The notes: generated from the letters alone by a model not told the origin. A DNA stretch of 63,108 bases, filler included, from Trichomonas gallinae (GCA_008369845.1; 8 parts of 8 records of this genome joined end to end with filler, not necessarily neighbours in it); one strand, 5' to 3'. Positions 43,251 to 54,836 are shown, counted from the first letter of the whole stretch. Numbers and translations: made by a program.

Positions 43251-44645
43251 ATGATGGATAACCCAATAGATCATCGTTCTTCAAACACTGGATTGAAATT
43301 CCACTTCATGAGGATCTTTACTTACGCAGTACCATCCTTACTATACGCTCTTGTGCAGTTTCAGAAACTCTGTCCTTCAGTTGTCGCCCATGACATGGCC
43401 ATAGCATACAAAGTTGATATCGAGCGCCTTGCTGTATTCTCTGAGACATACTTCTACCCGTATTCGCTCATGCAGCCTTTCGCTGGCTTAATGGCGGATC
43501 TTTTCGATCCCTGCAGAGTTTTGGGCATTTGCGGTCTTATTGCTGCAACTGGCTCAATGATCTGCGGATTCTCAACAAACATTCAAATCGGAATTGTGGG
43601 CAGATTTTTAGTTGGCCTCGGATGCGGCCCAACTTATGTATCTGTGATGAGAATTTCCGCGAATTGGTTTAAAGTACATCAACTTCCTACACTTCTCGGT
43701 GTCTTAATGGCTGTATCATGCATCGGAGGTGCTTTATCTGCTACGCCACTCGCAATCTTCTGCGAAAAACTTGGCTGGAAGGCGGCTTTCTTCACATTAG
43801 CTGGCTTTGGCGCCTTTTGTTCACTACTTATCCTAATTTTCACACGTGGAAGTCCAGAAAGGCAAGGTTTCGAACCAGTCAATCCAGTTGAAGTTACTGC
43901 TGATGCAGACATGAAAGCATCACACAAGATTCGCTTACTGTGGAAGAACATTAAGCAAGCTGTCGCGTATCCACATTTTTGGGTGAATGTCGTCTATAAT
44001 GTCACTTGTTGCTGTCCATTCTTGAATTTTGGCGGTTACTGGGGTGGTCCATACCTCACAGACGTCTTCAATTACTCAAATCAGAAGAAATCAACAACTT
44101 TGATCGCGCTTCATTTAGGTGTCTTCATCGGATCTCTCACATTACCATACATTGCACAAGCATTCCACCTAAAGAAGTGGACTATGTTTGCAGCTTCAAT
44201 CGCTGATGTTGCTGTTACTGTGTATTTATATTTCAAAGGAAATACATGCACAAACATTGAACTCTGGATTTATCTTTCGATTTTAGGTATCTTTACATTG
44301 ACAATCAGCTCAATTTCTTATCCTCTTCTTACAGATTATTATAATCCTATTGTTGCTGGATCTGCTGTTGGTTCTGCGAACCTCTTCTTGTTCCTCTTTG
44401 TCGCTGTTTATCAGCAAGTCTCAGCTTGGATTGTTCCACGTTATGGATCAACACAAATTCCTGGTGAAGTTCCAAAGTACACATGGGAGGGCTATAAGAA
44501 TGGTATATGGCTATTCAGCATTGTATCTTTTGCTGTTTCAGCAGTTGCTGCTTTAATTGCAAAAGATCCAAAGGGAATGTGCAACAAGCAGACTCCTCAG
44601 TTGCTTGATGAGACAACTTTAATTACACAACAGACAGAAGACTAA
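43251..44645 (+). CDS. Major facilitator superfamily transporter
   Basis: About 12 hydrophobic segments; YFYPYSLMQPFAGLMAD, GRFLVGLG, ANWF, GWKAAF, GYWGGPYL. Confidence 0.92.
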   Translation: MMDNPIDHRSSNTGLKFHFMRIFTYAVPSLLYALVQFQKLCPSVVAHDMAIAYKVDIERLAVFSETYFYPYSLMQPFAGLMADLFDPCRVLGICGLIAATGSMICGFSTNIQIGIVGRFLVGLGCGPTYVSVMRISANWFKVHQLPTLLGVLMAVSCIGGALSATPLAIFCEKLGWKAAFFTLAGFGAFCSLLILIFTRGSPERQGFEPVNPVEVTADADMKASHKIRLLWKNIKQAVAYPHFWVNVVYNVTCCCPFLNFGGYWGGPYLTDVFNYSNQKKSTTLIALHLGVFIGSLTLPYIAQAFHLKKWTMFAASIADVAVTVYLYFKGNTCTNIELWIYLSILGIFTLTISSISYPLLTDYYNPIVAGSAVGSANLFLFLFVAVYQQVSAWIVPRYGSTQIPGEVPKYTWEGYKNGIWLFSIVSFAVSAVAALIAKDPKGMCNKQTPQLLDETTLITQQTED

Positions 44646-44811
44646 GTTATATGTTATTTTATAATATTGATTCAGTTTTTTTGAATATTTTAATAAATAT
44701 CTATTGATTACAACTAAATTTAAACCAAAACATTACAAAATCGGAACAGTTTAGAAAAAAATAACAATTTCATTACGATAATAAACAGCAAAAACTATAC
44801 AAGCATTAGAA

Positions 44812-46338
44812 TTAAGAATAAGGGTCGAAGATATTGAGTAACTGAGCCGGCGTTTTAGGTTCTGATTTTTGATTATTTTCAACAGAAGCTCCCCATTCTC
44901 CAAGACCTTCAAGGGTGTCACCTTTGCCGAGTTCCAAGCCTGTCTTGATCAAACAAAGCTTCGAAACAAGGCAATCGAAGTTTTGACATTCCATTAATCT
45001 TGAAATGAACGTCTGGTCATCTCCACTGAACGATTCGAGGTATTTCTTATGATCAAATCTTGTGCCAGGGTTTGGAATGTCTGTACGGCATTCAAGAGCA
45101 GATTCCATCGGTTTTGTTATATAAGTGAAAATATGCTCAGATGTCTTCGCTAATATCTCCTTCATTGTGCTGAAGTTTGGATTGGCTGCCATTTTTGCAA
45201 AAATCGGTGTTAAAATTTTCTTTAGATTTTCACAGCCCGGAATTTGGATTTCTTCGTCTGGAAAATCGATCTTCTTATCATCAATGTAGACTAAAATAGT
45301 ATGGTCATCGATAGAAACATCTTTGAGGCTCTTTCTGAATGCTCCATTAATATAAGGCACAGGAGACTCAAGAAGATCAATCATTGCTTCGGGGACGAAA
45401 GAAACGATGACTGATGTCCATATAAATGGCATGATAATCGTTGGAAGGAATGAAACTGTTTTAGTTATGCTTGTGAAATTATCACCAATAACTAAAACGA
45501 AACTGCCGAGCATAATCAACTCAAAAAGACGAATATATTGGTCTACATTGATCCATGACATAAGCAAATCGAAGCCAACAGCAGACGGAGAATATGCAAC
45601 ATCTTTTCTTGTAGGCATTGTCCATGTAAACGGAGGCACATTGGAATAGTTGAAGCTGATAGCAAGTGTTTCATCGAAAACTGGTAAAATTGTGTTGTAT
45701 AATGCAGTTAAAAATGATTCTCTTACTGAAATCGTTGAATTTGGCCAATACGTTGACGAATCAAAGTACGATGGAATGGTTGACTTCGGATTTAAAAGTC
45801 GTAAGTTCGTGATTGTATTTCTTGACTGATATTCAACATTGATCAAAGCTTCAATCAAGCCGAAAAACAAATCGTGAAACGGGTGACTGGTGCAGAATAG
45901 GAATGCAACCTTGAACTCAGGTACTTTTACATAGTTATCACGATAATATCTCAATCTTTCTTGAAAATATTCGGAATTTGTCTTTATTGCTGGAAATGAG
46001 AATGGATTAGCCTTCAAAATGCACGCATATACGAAAAATGGTGTTGATCCTTCCATTTTGTAGTAAATGAAGTTATCAAGATATTGATTAGGTTTTCCAA
46101 ACTCACTTTTTACTTCTCTATTTGATCCAAACTCTCTTGTACCAATAGAGCACCCCTCCGGGAAAATTAAGGCCGAGAAATTGATATCTGTGTTATTATC
46201 TGGATAATGATATAAATTGACAGGTTGGTCTAATTTCGTGTAACTTTCTGGACCAATTATGAAGAAATGATCAAAAATTGGTGCAGAAATATCCCATGAA
46301 TTCTTCGAATCACTATCATTAGGAACAAAATCAGACAT
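44812..46338 (-). CDS. DENN domain protein (Rab GEF family)
   Basis: IFDHFFIIG, LIFPEG, TSHPFHDLF, IIMPFIW...VSFVP..MIDLLESPVPYING, FISRLMECQNF. Confidence 0.85.
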   Translation of the reverse strand: MSDFVPNDSDSKNSWDISAPIFDHFFIIGPESYTKLDQPVNLYHYPDNNTDINFSALIFPEGCSIGTREFGSNREVKSEFGKPNQYLDNFIYYKMEGSTPFFVYACILKANPFSFPAIKTNSEYFQERLRYYRDNYVKVPEFKVAFLFCTSHPFHDLFFGLIEALINVEYQSRNTITNLRLLNPKSTIPSYFDSSTYWPNSTISVRESFLTALYNTILPVFDETLAISFNYSNVPPFTWTMPTRKDVAYSPSAVGFDLLMSWINVDQYIRLFELIMLGSFVLVIGDNFTSITKTVSFLPTIIMPFIWTSVIVSFVPEAMIDLLESPVPYINGAFRKSLKDVSIDDHTILVYIDDKKIDFPDEEIQIPGCENLKKILTPIFAKMAANPNFSTMKEILAKTSEHIFTYITKPMESALECRTDIPNPGTRFDHKKYLESFSGDDQTFISRLMECQNFDCLVSKLCLIKTGLELGKGDTLEGLGEWGASVENNQKSEPKTPAQLLNIFDPYS

Positions 46339-46613
46339 TTTATAATTTTGGCAAATAATTCATTTACACGTCAAATATTAAATATAATTGTCAAATAAAA
46401 TATAATTACACGTCAAATATTAATTGTCAAATAAAATATGCTTACACAACAAAGATTCTTGCCTTGATTAATTGAAGGAACTTCCCATGTAACTGCTGTC
46501 AATCTCGATATTTCCTAGTTAAATTTTTTTATCTCATTCAGTTGTTTATCTTCAAAAAACAAACATTTATGACAACATCCAAACTACTTATTTTTAAATT
46601 CTTAATATTTTAA

Positions 46614-46853
46614 TCATTTTATGGTAGTATCTATTCCAGGAACTGTGAGAAAGAGTTTGACAACTTCATGATGACCTTCATTTGAAGCACAAATCAAAGC
46701 TGTTTTATTATCATTGTCTTTTGCATTGACATCTATTCCAGGAACTGGGAGAAGGAGTTTGACAACTTCATGATGACCTTTTTCTGAAGCTAAAATCAAA
46801 GCCATTTCACTGTTAAATTTTGGGATTTTGTAAAAAGTATTTTGCATTTTCAA
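46614..46853 (-). pseudogene. Ankyrin repeat fragment
   Basis: Two repeats ALI.AS..GHHEVVKL.L.VPGID; no ATG start. Confidence 0.7.
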
Positions 46854-47024
46854 TATTTAATATATAATATAAGTAGCATGGGCTGCATTATATAGTTATA
46901 AATGAAAGCAGTCAACAATTATTTAATAAATTTCGAGATATTATATTTTATAACATAAGAGATTGATACATAGTTAAAATAAAATAGATTATAAGAATTC
47001 TTGCATGAATAAAAAATAATTTAA

Positions 47025-47272
47025 GGGTCGACCGACATACTCACTTTTTGAATGCCCCTGCTTTAAATTTTAGAACTTGCGCTTACAATTTTGANNNNNN
47101 NNNNNNNNNNNNNNNNNNNNNNNNNNNNNNNNNNNNNNTTAATTAATTAANNNNNNNNNNNNNNNNNNNNNNNNNNNNNNNNNNNNNNNNNNNNCTACTG
47201 AAGCGTCGAACCTGACACGTTTTATAAGCAGGGGCCATTTTTGACAATTTTAAAAAATCTGCCGGACTACCT
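47025..47272. mobile_element. Kolobok-like non-autonomous element ends flanking a gap
   Basis: TTAA at 47021-47024 and 47273-47276. Left end GGGTCGACCGACATA...AATGCCCCTGCTT; right end (reverse complement) AGGTAGTCCGGCAGA...AATGGCCCCTGCTT. Confidence 0.6.
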
Positions 47273-47549
47273 TTAAACAGATTTACATATCATAATGTAA
47301 AATAAATCTTTCAAATAAAATGTTAAGTATTTACATGTCACAATGTAAAACAAATTGAGTTGGTAAATAAGTTTACGTGACAGAATGTAAATATATAAAA
47401 AATTGAAATAAAGTCGAGCCTCAAAGAATGTACGGAGAATAAAGTTGTGATTTCGAAAACTCAAAGTGTTTTCTAGGATTGAAACTAACGACCATTTGAC
47501 TTCACAATTATTTTATTTACAGATTTTTTTTGACAAATTTACAAAAAAT

Positions 47550-49979
47550 ATGATAAAATCGAATAATACACAATATACCCAAAAATCAAGTATTATTCAG
47601 GACATACAAGCCTTGTTGGAGGATAATTTCTCATATGAACCACCAGAACTTGTTGATTTCAATCAAGGATGGGATACATTACAATGTTTGGGATCCTTAA
47701 TAACAAAAGCATTGACATCGGATGAAATTAATAGCAATGACAAAGAGTTTGGACGCTTTGTCGAAAAATCAATTCGATTCTTTGTTAATGAAACAATAAA
47801 AGTACAAACAATATCGAACACAAAACTATACCTGCATAAATCAAACGGTCCAAGGTCATTAAATCACATACAAAATCAATTATTGCTATTTGCACAAGAA
47901 AATGATCGTCTTATAAAGAAGATAAAGGAATTAAATCAGGAATTAGTCGAAAAAGAGAAGATTTTATCGGAGAATCAAGTCAAAGAAGCAAATAAGAATA
48001 TAACAGAACAGTCAAATACAACAGACAAACTTAAGCAGCAATTCCAGAGCTCAGTTGCAGAAAATCAGAAACTTTACAATATCTTGAAGAAGAAAGATCT
48101 TCAAATTGAAAAGGCAAAACATAATATTACTCTACAACGCAGTAAAATCGCTGAACTCGAGAATCATATCAAAGAACTCAAACAAAATACACCAGTTAAG
48201 TCACAGAAAAGCTTCCCAAGATCAACTTCATTAAATACAATTCATCCAGACTCTCCACAAAGCAAATCCATTACTGTAGAACTTCCTAATGACGTTTCTA
48301 CATCATTTTCCTACGAACAAGAGGCAATGGATAGCATTTCAAAAATTGATGCGCAAATAAATGAACAGCAAGAAGAAATAGACAGAGCAAACGCGCTAAT
48401 TGGCAAGTTCAACGAGACAATCATGGAAGACGAAGATCTTTTGAATGAACATGAAAAGCAGCTCAAAGAATTCGCAAACGAAGCCGGCTGCCTTGAATTC
48501 GATTTATTCTCAATGGACAAAACTTTGGCGCAGATCTCTAAATCCAATAAACTATATCAGATAGATAACGAGCGTCTTAAATCCTTGTTGGATGAAATCA
48601 GATCTGCTGTTGGCAACGAGTTGCCATTAGAATCAATTCCAAAGAGAATAATGGAATTAAGGAAGAAGAACAGAACTTTGAATTCAGAAAACGAAAATCA
48701 GACAAAGAAGTTAGTTTCTTCATTAGTTCTTTTCCTGACGAAACTGCTTGAAGGTGCAGACATTGCAACATTCGGTGAATCATTGATTCTAACCCAAAAC
48801 AAAGACGTCATAGCGAAAATCAAAAATGCTATAGAGAAATGTTTGTCTTTCGTTGTATCATCTGATGGTTTCCCGATTTTCGAGAGCGCCAGTGGTGATG
48901 AAGAGTCAACGATGGCCATCCTCAATACTCTCGGAGTCCAGTATGGAAGCAATGTTCATGCTGTTATGCTCTTGATGTCTGCAGTCAACGGAAAACTAAT
49001 CAGCATGTTAAGAGAATATAAGAGATCGTTAAAAAAAGTAGAAGAATTGATACCTCAAAAGCAGGGATCAACAGTTCCTGCGTCAATCAACTCATTCTTG
49101 AGAACATTACAGCCACTGCTCAGGAGGATGGAAACAACATTAGTCTCAAGCTTCCAACAGCAAAGATCAGAAAGCTTGATGCAAAACTTGGAGAATTATA
49201 TCAATAACATTGATACACTAATCAAATCAATTGAACTTGACTTGAGACCGCATATTACAGACAAGAAAGTCTCTATCAATGAAATTCCATCGCAAATTTC
49301 TTCAATGTTATCAAGAACTCAATTGCAGCTTCAAGACAAAGTCTCATTCTTCGATAGCGCTTTGTCAGAAACAAGGAAAGCAGCAAGCAAAGAAAGCTCA
49401 GACTTAAACCGGAAGATTGGATCAATGACGGCAGAAAACTCCCAGCTCAAAGAAGAAATCGAAAAGCTCAATACATTCAACATGGAACTCGAAAATACTA
49501 TTGTCACATTGAGAGAAAGATGCGAGTCAAATGATCAAAGGCTGGCTGACGAAAAGTTCAAATCCGATAGATTGAGAATCACAATGAAATCTCGCGAAGA
49601 CCAGTTCCAGAAGCGAACTGACTCACTTCTCCAAATCGAGAAAGAAAGATACAACGAAGAGATACAGCGCCAGAAAGAAGTCTGGGAGAGGCAGAGAATC
49701 ATCTATGAATCACGAATCTCACATTTAGCTGAGAAGCTTGAAGACGCTAAGTTCTCTATTTCTGACATGTCAGGTGCATTCGATCAAACAGTTGCAAAGC
49801 AAAGAGCTATATCATCATTATCCCAACTTTCTGTAAACGCTGCTTCTCTTGGTGCAGTGCTGGATAAGTGCTTCACTGTCAAAGGAACATGGACAGATGA
49901 GAAAGTTACAAAAGCTGTTGTTAAACTTGTCGATATTGTTAGGAATCTTGAATACGAGAAACTTAACTCAAGATTTTGA
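47550..49979 (+). CDS. Large coiled-coil protein
   Basis: E/K/Q/L-rich heptad stretches. ATG at 47550 (the track start is GTG). Confidence 0.8.
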   Translation: MIKSNNTQYTQKSSIIQDIQALLEDNFSYEPPELVDFNQGWDTLQCLGSLITKALTSDEINSNDKEFGRFVEKSIRFFVNETIKVQTISNTKLYLHKSNGPRSLNHIQNQLLLFAQENDRLIKKIKELNQELVEKEKILSENQVKEANKNITEQSNTTDKLKQQFQSSVAENQKLYNILKKKDLQIEKAKHNITLQRSKIAELENHIKELKQNTPVKSQKSFPRSTSLNTIHPDSPQSKSITVELPNDVSTSFSYEQEAMDSISKIDAQINEQQEEIDRANALIGKFNETIMEDEDLLNEHEKQLKEFANEAGCLEFDLFSMDKTLAQISKSNKLYQIDNERLKSLLDEIRSAVGNELPLESIPKRIMELRKKNRTLNSENENQTKKLVSSLVLFLTKLLEGADIATFGESLILTQNKDVIAKIKNAIEKCLSFVVSSDGFPIFESASGDEESTMAILNTLGVQYGSNVHAVMLLMSAVNGKLISMLREYKRSLKKVEELIPQKQGSTVPASINSFLRTLQPLLRRMETTLVSSFQQQRSESLMQNLENYINNIDTLIKSIELDLRPHITDKKVSINEIPSQISSMLSRTQLQLQDKVSFFDSALSETRKAASKESSDLNRKIGSMTAENSQLKEEIEKLNTFNMELENTIVTLRERCESNDQRLADEKFKSDRLRITMKSREDQFQKRTDSLLQIEKERYNEEIQRQKEVWERQRIIYESRISHLAEKLEDAKFSISDMSGAFDQTVAKQRAISSLSQLSVNAASLGAVLDKCFTVKGTWTDEKVTKAVVKLVDIVRNLEYEKLNSRF

Positions 49980-50078
49980 ATTTATTTTGTTTATTTTTTG
50001 TAAAAGAATCATTTTTAAGTTAACTTTGATTTTCACATATCGTGACATTGGAATGCATAAAAAGTTGATCATTTTAGT

Positions 50079-51017
50079 TTAAGATTCATAAACTACTGCC
50101 ATATATATACAGCAATGCTGAAATGGAATCATCCATAATTGATCAATGTCATCATATGTGATTTTATTATTTATATCGCATTTTTCCTTGTAAAGTTCTA
50201 AATGATTTTTCATGTTCAATAAAACTGTATTTTCGAAAACAACTGCTTCAGTATTTTTCGTTTCTGGATATACATAGGAATTTGTTATTATTGCTGATCC
50301 AGAACTCTCAGCATAAAATGCATATGTTGCTTTATTATCATAGAGACTGCATGAATCAAAAGTTGTTTTTGAACTATATGCTCGAAAAAGTGTTTTACAA
50401 TTCCCATTGAAAAGAAAATTACATTTACTGCATCTAAAAGTATATTTACCAAAATATTCAGATCCTGCTACACACGATGGATTAGTGTTTTTATTAAAAC
50501 TTGAAAAATTGACAAATACATCATCTTTCGGCTGATGACAGCAAAAAGTTGAATGATCATATGAAATACTATTCGAAATATTTGCATTAGATATAATTTG
50601 TTGGCCATAAATCAAACTTATTCCATGATGACCTGAAAATGATCCGCATATAAGCAAAGAAGATTCTAAAAAATAATTTTTATATTTTCCAACATAATTT
50701 TTACAATATTGTCCCCATTTTTTACTAATACATGAAATGCTACAGATTCTATTATGCACTACTTGACCTGATCTACTCAAAAAACTAAAACATGCACCTT
50801 CATCGTAACTCGAAATATTATTAAAATATGAATCTTCTACTAATGTGCATATAGAATCAGAGGATGCAGAAAATACAATTGCACTACTTTTTATGTTTCG
50901 AAAAAAGCAAAAAGAAATATAATAATTCTTATTTGAAATACTTGTTGCTTGGCAGTGACTATTACTGATATTTTCATCTATAGATTCATTGTAAAAAGTC
51001 TCCCAGTCAAGATGCAA
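50079..51017 (-). pseudogene. Cys/Ser/Asn/Phe-rich surface-type family member lacking an in-frame start
   Basis: Open 312-codon frame with a hydrophobic C-terminus. An in-frame TGA lies two codons above the TTG at 51017; the signal-like LNSLHLHLIIAS is in another frame. Confidence 0.55.
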
Positions 51018-51274
51018 TAATCAGGTGTAAGTGTAAACTATTCAATCATTGAAAATTCATACAAACAGAGTTGTTCAAAATAAAAAGTGTCATTAAAATA
51101 TTTTTCATCTCTATAATGATCAGAGAAAATTCTGCTGAGAAGATTAGGCATTCATATCTTTATAATATACTCTTCAATATCTTATGTATACTAGTTTATA
51201 TAATATTTTTTGTCATACAATAATAAATTTTTATTGGAAAAAAATCATTTCTACCATGTATTTTATTATTATTG

Positions 51275-54200
51275 TTATAGCATTGAAAGCAATGCTTGAT
51301 TCATTTTCACTTCTCCTTTAGAGTTTCGCTTCTTAAAGAAGCAAACTAATGCAATAATAACGATCAAAATAACTAGTATAGATGTACCGGCAGAGATTGG
51401 AATGATGTAATATTTCGTCTTGTATAGCTTATTGCAATCTTCGCAGAGTTTACCCCAAATTCCAAAGCTATCACTTTCATAGCACCTGGATCCATTTCCT
51501 GTGTTTGAGCAGTTCTTTGGAAGATTAGTCATGCATTTGAAGCTCATTCCGGCGAAAGCATTATCGCGTATTTCGATGTCTTTAGATGCAAAATCGATTC
51601 TCGTGATGTTTCTGATACCATAGAATGCTTCTTCACCGATGACTCTCACCGACTTTGGAATCTTCAAAACTCCTGAGAAAGCAAGGCAATAATAGAAAGC
51701 ACCTTCAGCAATTTCAGTCAATGATTCAGGGAAAGTAATTCCTGGCATTTTCGGACAGTTATAGAACGAAAACGCGCCGATGGCCTTGATATTCTTAGGA
51801 AGAACTAACTCATTGGTTATCTTCGTGCAATAGTAGAAAGCGTAACTTTCTATCGAGGTAAGACTGTTGGCATTTGCTAAATCTATTTTATCAATGCCAA
51901 GGCAATTCTTGAAAGCACCTAATCCAATCTTCTTGAGAGTGTCTGGGAAAACAATTTCTCCTTTAATGCTTGTGAAAGCGAAGGCCAAACTTCCAATATA
52001 TTCCAATGTAGATGGAAGTTTAAGAGGACCATCCGTGATTGCATTGCAAAACGCCAAATCACTGACTGTCTTAAGCTTGCTGCATTTAGTGAAATCTGGG
52101 CTAGGAATTGATGCATTCGTGAACGCTGCACTTCCGATATAAAGAAGGCCGGAAGGTAGATCTGACATCTGAGTTAATCGTTTTTGGTTCTGGAACATTC
52201 CATCTGGTATTTCAGTGATTTGACAGTCTGGATCAAATTCAACTTTTTCAACTAAACTGTCTGAGAATGAAACATTGAACAATGTTTTAGCATTCTTGCC
52301 GAATTTAATTGTTTTGATGTTGTGGCAATTATTGAATGCTGTCATTTCTGTATATTGGCTGTTAATGAATACATCAACAAGTGGCGCCCTTTCGAAACAA
52401 TGTTCACCAATATAATCAAGGATAACAGGAGTTGTTTCGATTAGTGTTCCTTCGAAAGCACTTTCTTCGGCTCTGTTAACTGTTGCTGAGAAGTGATTAA
52501 GAGGTGTGTCGCAAAAAGCGTATTTGCCAATATTAACTTTTGCGCTGTAATTTTCTGATATCATTACGATGGTGAAATTCTCGATTAAAGAACTGTAAAA
52601 CAGTTTCTCTGGAATGTCAACTTGATTTGTTGTTAAGTGAACAGATTTTATGTTAGAGCTTTCGAAATAACTCTTTGCGAAAGTCACACTTTCTGTCTTC
52701 AAAATCAGATTCTTGATCTTTAGCATGTTCTCGTTGAAGTCAATGATTGGTACTGAAACATTGAATATTTCGATTTCATTTTCGATGACGAAAGCTGATG
52801 GACTAAGATGTTGAAGATTTGGAATTGTAATGTTTGTGAGTTTTGTATTATAAAATGCTCTGTTGTTGATTTTTGCTATTTTGTCTGTGAAATCGAATCT
52901 AACCAAACTGCTGCAGCTCATGAATGCGTCTTCAGCGATTTCAGTGACTAATCCCAATCCGGTGACTTGTGTTATCTTCGAGCAGCCTTGGAACGCGCCT
53001 ATTCCGATCTTTGTCGTCAAGTCTTTGAGATATATCATCGTTATTGATGTGTTAGCAAAAGCGTACTGCCAAATTTCTTGCTTCACGTCACCAACAGCGA
53101 GAAAATCTGTCAAACTGACGCAGTTGGCAAAAGCATAGTCACGAATATATGGAGCATGTTCAAGAATAGACCCGAAGCATTTGAAGTTAGTGCAATTCAT
53201 GAAGGCACCAATGCCAATGGAGTCGACATGGTTGTCTGTGAACGCCGTGATTTCCTCGAGTGATGAACTGGCGAAAGCATAATCTCCTATCGTCTTGAAG
53301 TGTTCTGGGTATCTGATGGATTTGATACTGGAACAGTTATAGAATGCGTGGCCTGCGACTTTGTTGATGTTGGCTGGTAGTGTTATGGATTCTTCGATAT
53401 TTTGAGTGCAAGCAAACATGTAAAATGAGATGACCTGTGTGCTTGTTAGCAATGACAAGATGTTATTCAGTTGGGAACAATACATAAAAACGCCAGTTCC
53501 AAACGTATTAACATTATTATAATGGAAAGGCATGCAGGAAGCAATTGGAGTATTGGCAAACGCATAATCATCTATTTGCTTGAGAGTTTCTGGATATTTT
53601 ATGGAGCAATTTAATGATGGGCAGGAATAAAATGCATATTTTCCAATATATGTAATATTGGAGCCGAAATTAATACCAATGATACCTGAGTAAGAGAAAA
53701 GTCCTTCACTGATCTGCAAAATTGTATCTGGAAGAGTAATATTAACATTCAAAGATTTTGTAGCGTTGAAAGCATATTGCTTCAAAGTTGTAACATTGGC
53801 TAGCATAGTCTCAATAATTTCTAACCCGTAGCAGTTATTAAAAGCAAAATCTTCAATTGTTTTTAGATTTGAATATGGCCTTGGTTTGATTCTGTAGAGT
53901 TTAGACTTTGCAAATGCGCGCTCACCAATAGATTCCAAATTGGGACCATATATAACATCGTAAATAGATGAATTGAAGAATGCGTAGCTTTCAATTGTTG
54001 TTAATGAATCGGGAAGGTAGCAGGAAATTTGATAAGATTGCACATTTTGGAACCATCTCGACTTAATTACCTTAAAACCTTCAGCTAGTTTTATTTCCTT
54101 TAGTAAAATAATGTAATCAAAATTTTCAATTGTTTGAACTGATTTAGGAATGGTAATTGTAGTAAGGTAGATTGTTTCTTTTGGTTTTATAGCTGTAACA

Positions 54201-54376
54201 TCGTATATTACATTTTCATAATGAATAAATGACGGAATTTCTACATTTTCTAAAAAAGATTTGAGAAAAGTGGCTGTTTTTGCCTCTAAGTTGATTGTCC
54301 ACCAAATATTATCATAAAATATGTCCTTCTCTGTTTGTAACTTCGAGAGAAAAAGAAGGAAGACAAAATGCAGCAT
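51275..54376 (-). CDS. BspA-like TpLRR surface protein with C-terminal TM
   Basis: Signal peptide MLHFVFLLFL; many LxxIxxxAFxxCxxL repeats; Cys-rich juxtamembrane region; TM IIPISAGTSILVILIVIIALVCFF then KKR. Confidence 0.93.
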   Translation of the reverse strand: MLHFVFLLFLSKLQTEKDIFYDNIWWTINLEAKTATFLKSFLENVEIPSFIHYENVIYDVTAIKPKETIYLTTITIPKSVQTIENFDYIILLKEIKLAEGFKVIKSRWFQNVQSYQISCYLPDSLTTIESYAFFNSSIYDVIYGPNLESIGERAFAKSKLYRIKPRPYSNLKTIEDFAFNNCYGLEIIETMLANVTTLKQYAFNATKSLNVNITLPDTILQISEGLFSYSGIIGINFGSNITYIGKYAFYSCPSLNCSIKYPETLKQIDDYAFANTPIASCMPFHYNNVNTFGTGVFMYCSQLNNILSLLTSTQVISFYMFACTQNIEESITLPANINKVAGHAFYNCSSIKSIRYPEHFKTIGDYAFASSSLEEITAFTDNHVDSIGIGAFMNCTNFKCFGSILEHAPYIRDYAFANCVSLTDFLAVGDVKQEIWQYAFANTSITMIYLKDLTTKIGIGAFQGCSKITQVTGLGLVTEIAEDAFMSCSSLVRFDFTDKIAKINNRAFYNTKLTNITIPNLQHLSPSAFVIENEIEIFNVSVPIIDFNENMLKIKNLILKTESVTFAKSYFESSNIKSVHLTTNQVDIPEKLFYSSLIENFTIVMISENYSAKVNIGKYAFCDTPLNHFSATVNRAEESAFEGTLIETTPVILDYIGEHCFERAPLVDVFINSQYTEMTAFNNCHNIKTIKFGKNAKTLFNVSFSDSLVEKVEFDPDCQITEIPDGMFQNQKRLTQMSDLPSGLLYIGSAAFTNASIPSPDFTKCSKLKTVSDLAFCNAITDGPLKLPSTLEYIGSLAFAFTSIKGEIVFPDTLKKIGLGAFKNCLGIDKIDLANANSLTSIESYAFYYCTKITNELVLPKNIKAIGAFSFYNCPKMPGITFPESLTEIAEGAFYYCLAFSGVLKIPKSVRVIGEEAFYGIRNITRIDFASKDIEIRDNAFAGMSFKCMTNLPKNCSNTGNGSRCYESDSFGIWGKLCEDCNKLYKTKYYIIPISAGTSILVILIVIIALVCFFKKRNSKGEVKMNQALLSML

Positions 54377-54552
54377 TTATATCTGACAGTTGGTTTATTT
54401 GAACGTTGCAATTTTACGATCAAACCACCGATATTTATATGGCATGCGGAACACAAACCAATTTTCTTATTTTTATCGTCGTAAATATTACATGGCAAAT
54501 CAATTCAAATAATTAACATTACATGACAAATATTATTCAAATATTTAACAAA

Positions 54553-54736
54553 AGGTTGTCCGGCAGATAAATACAACTAAAAATTCTGTAAATTAATAAT
54601 ATAGAATGAGCACATAATGACCATTAAAATGCTAGATTCCCATCAAAAAAATCCCCGTGGAGTTTTCTTGGGCTCTACTGTAGCGTCGAACCTGACATGT
54701 TTTATAAGCAGGGGCCATTTTTGACAATTTTAAAAA
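54553..54736. mobile_element. MITE of about 200 bp, same family as the right end at 47195-47272; right TIR lost in the gap
   Basis: 54675-54736 matches 47195-47256 with 2 mismatches. Left terminus AGGTTGTCCGGCAGAT is the reverse complement (1 mismatch) of ATCTGCCGGACTACCT at 47257-47272. Confidence 0.75.
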
Positions 54737-54836
54737 NNNNNNNNNNNNNNNNNNNNNNNNNNNNNNNNNNNNNNNNNNNNTTAATTAATTAANNNNNNNN
54801 NNNNNNNNNNNNNNNNNNNNNNNNNNNNNNNNNNNN

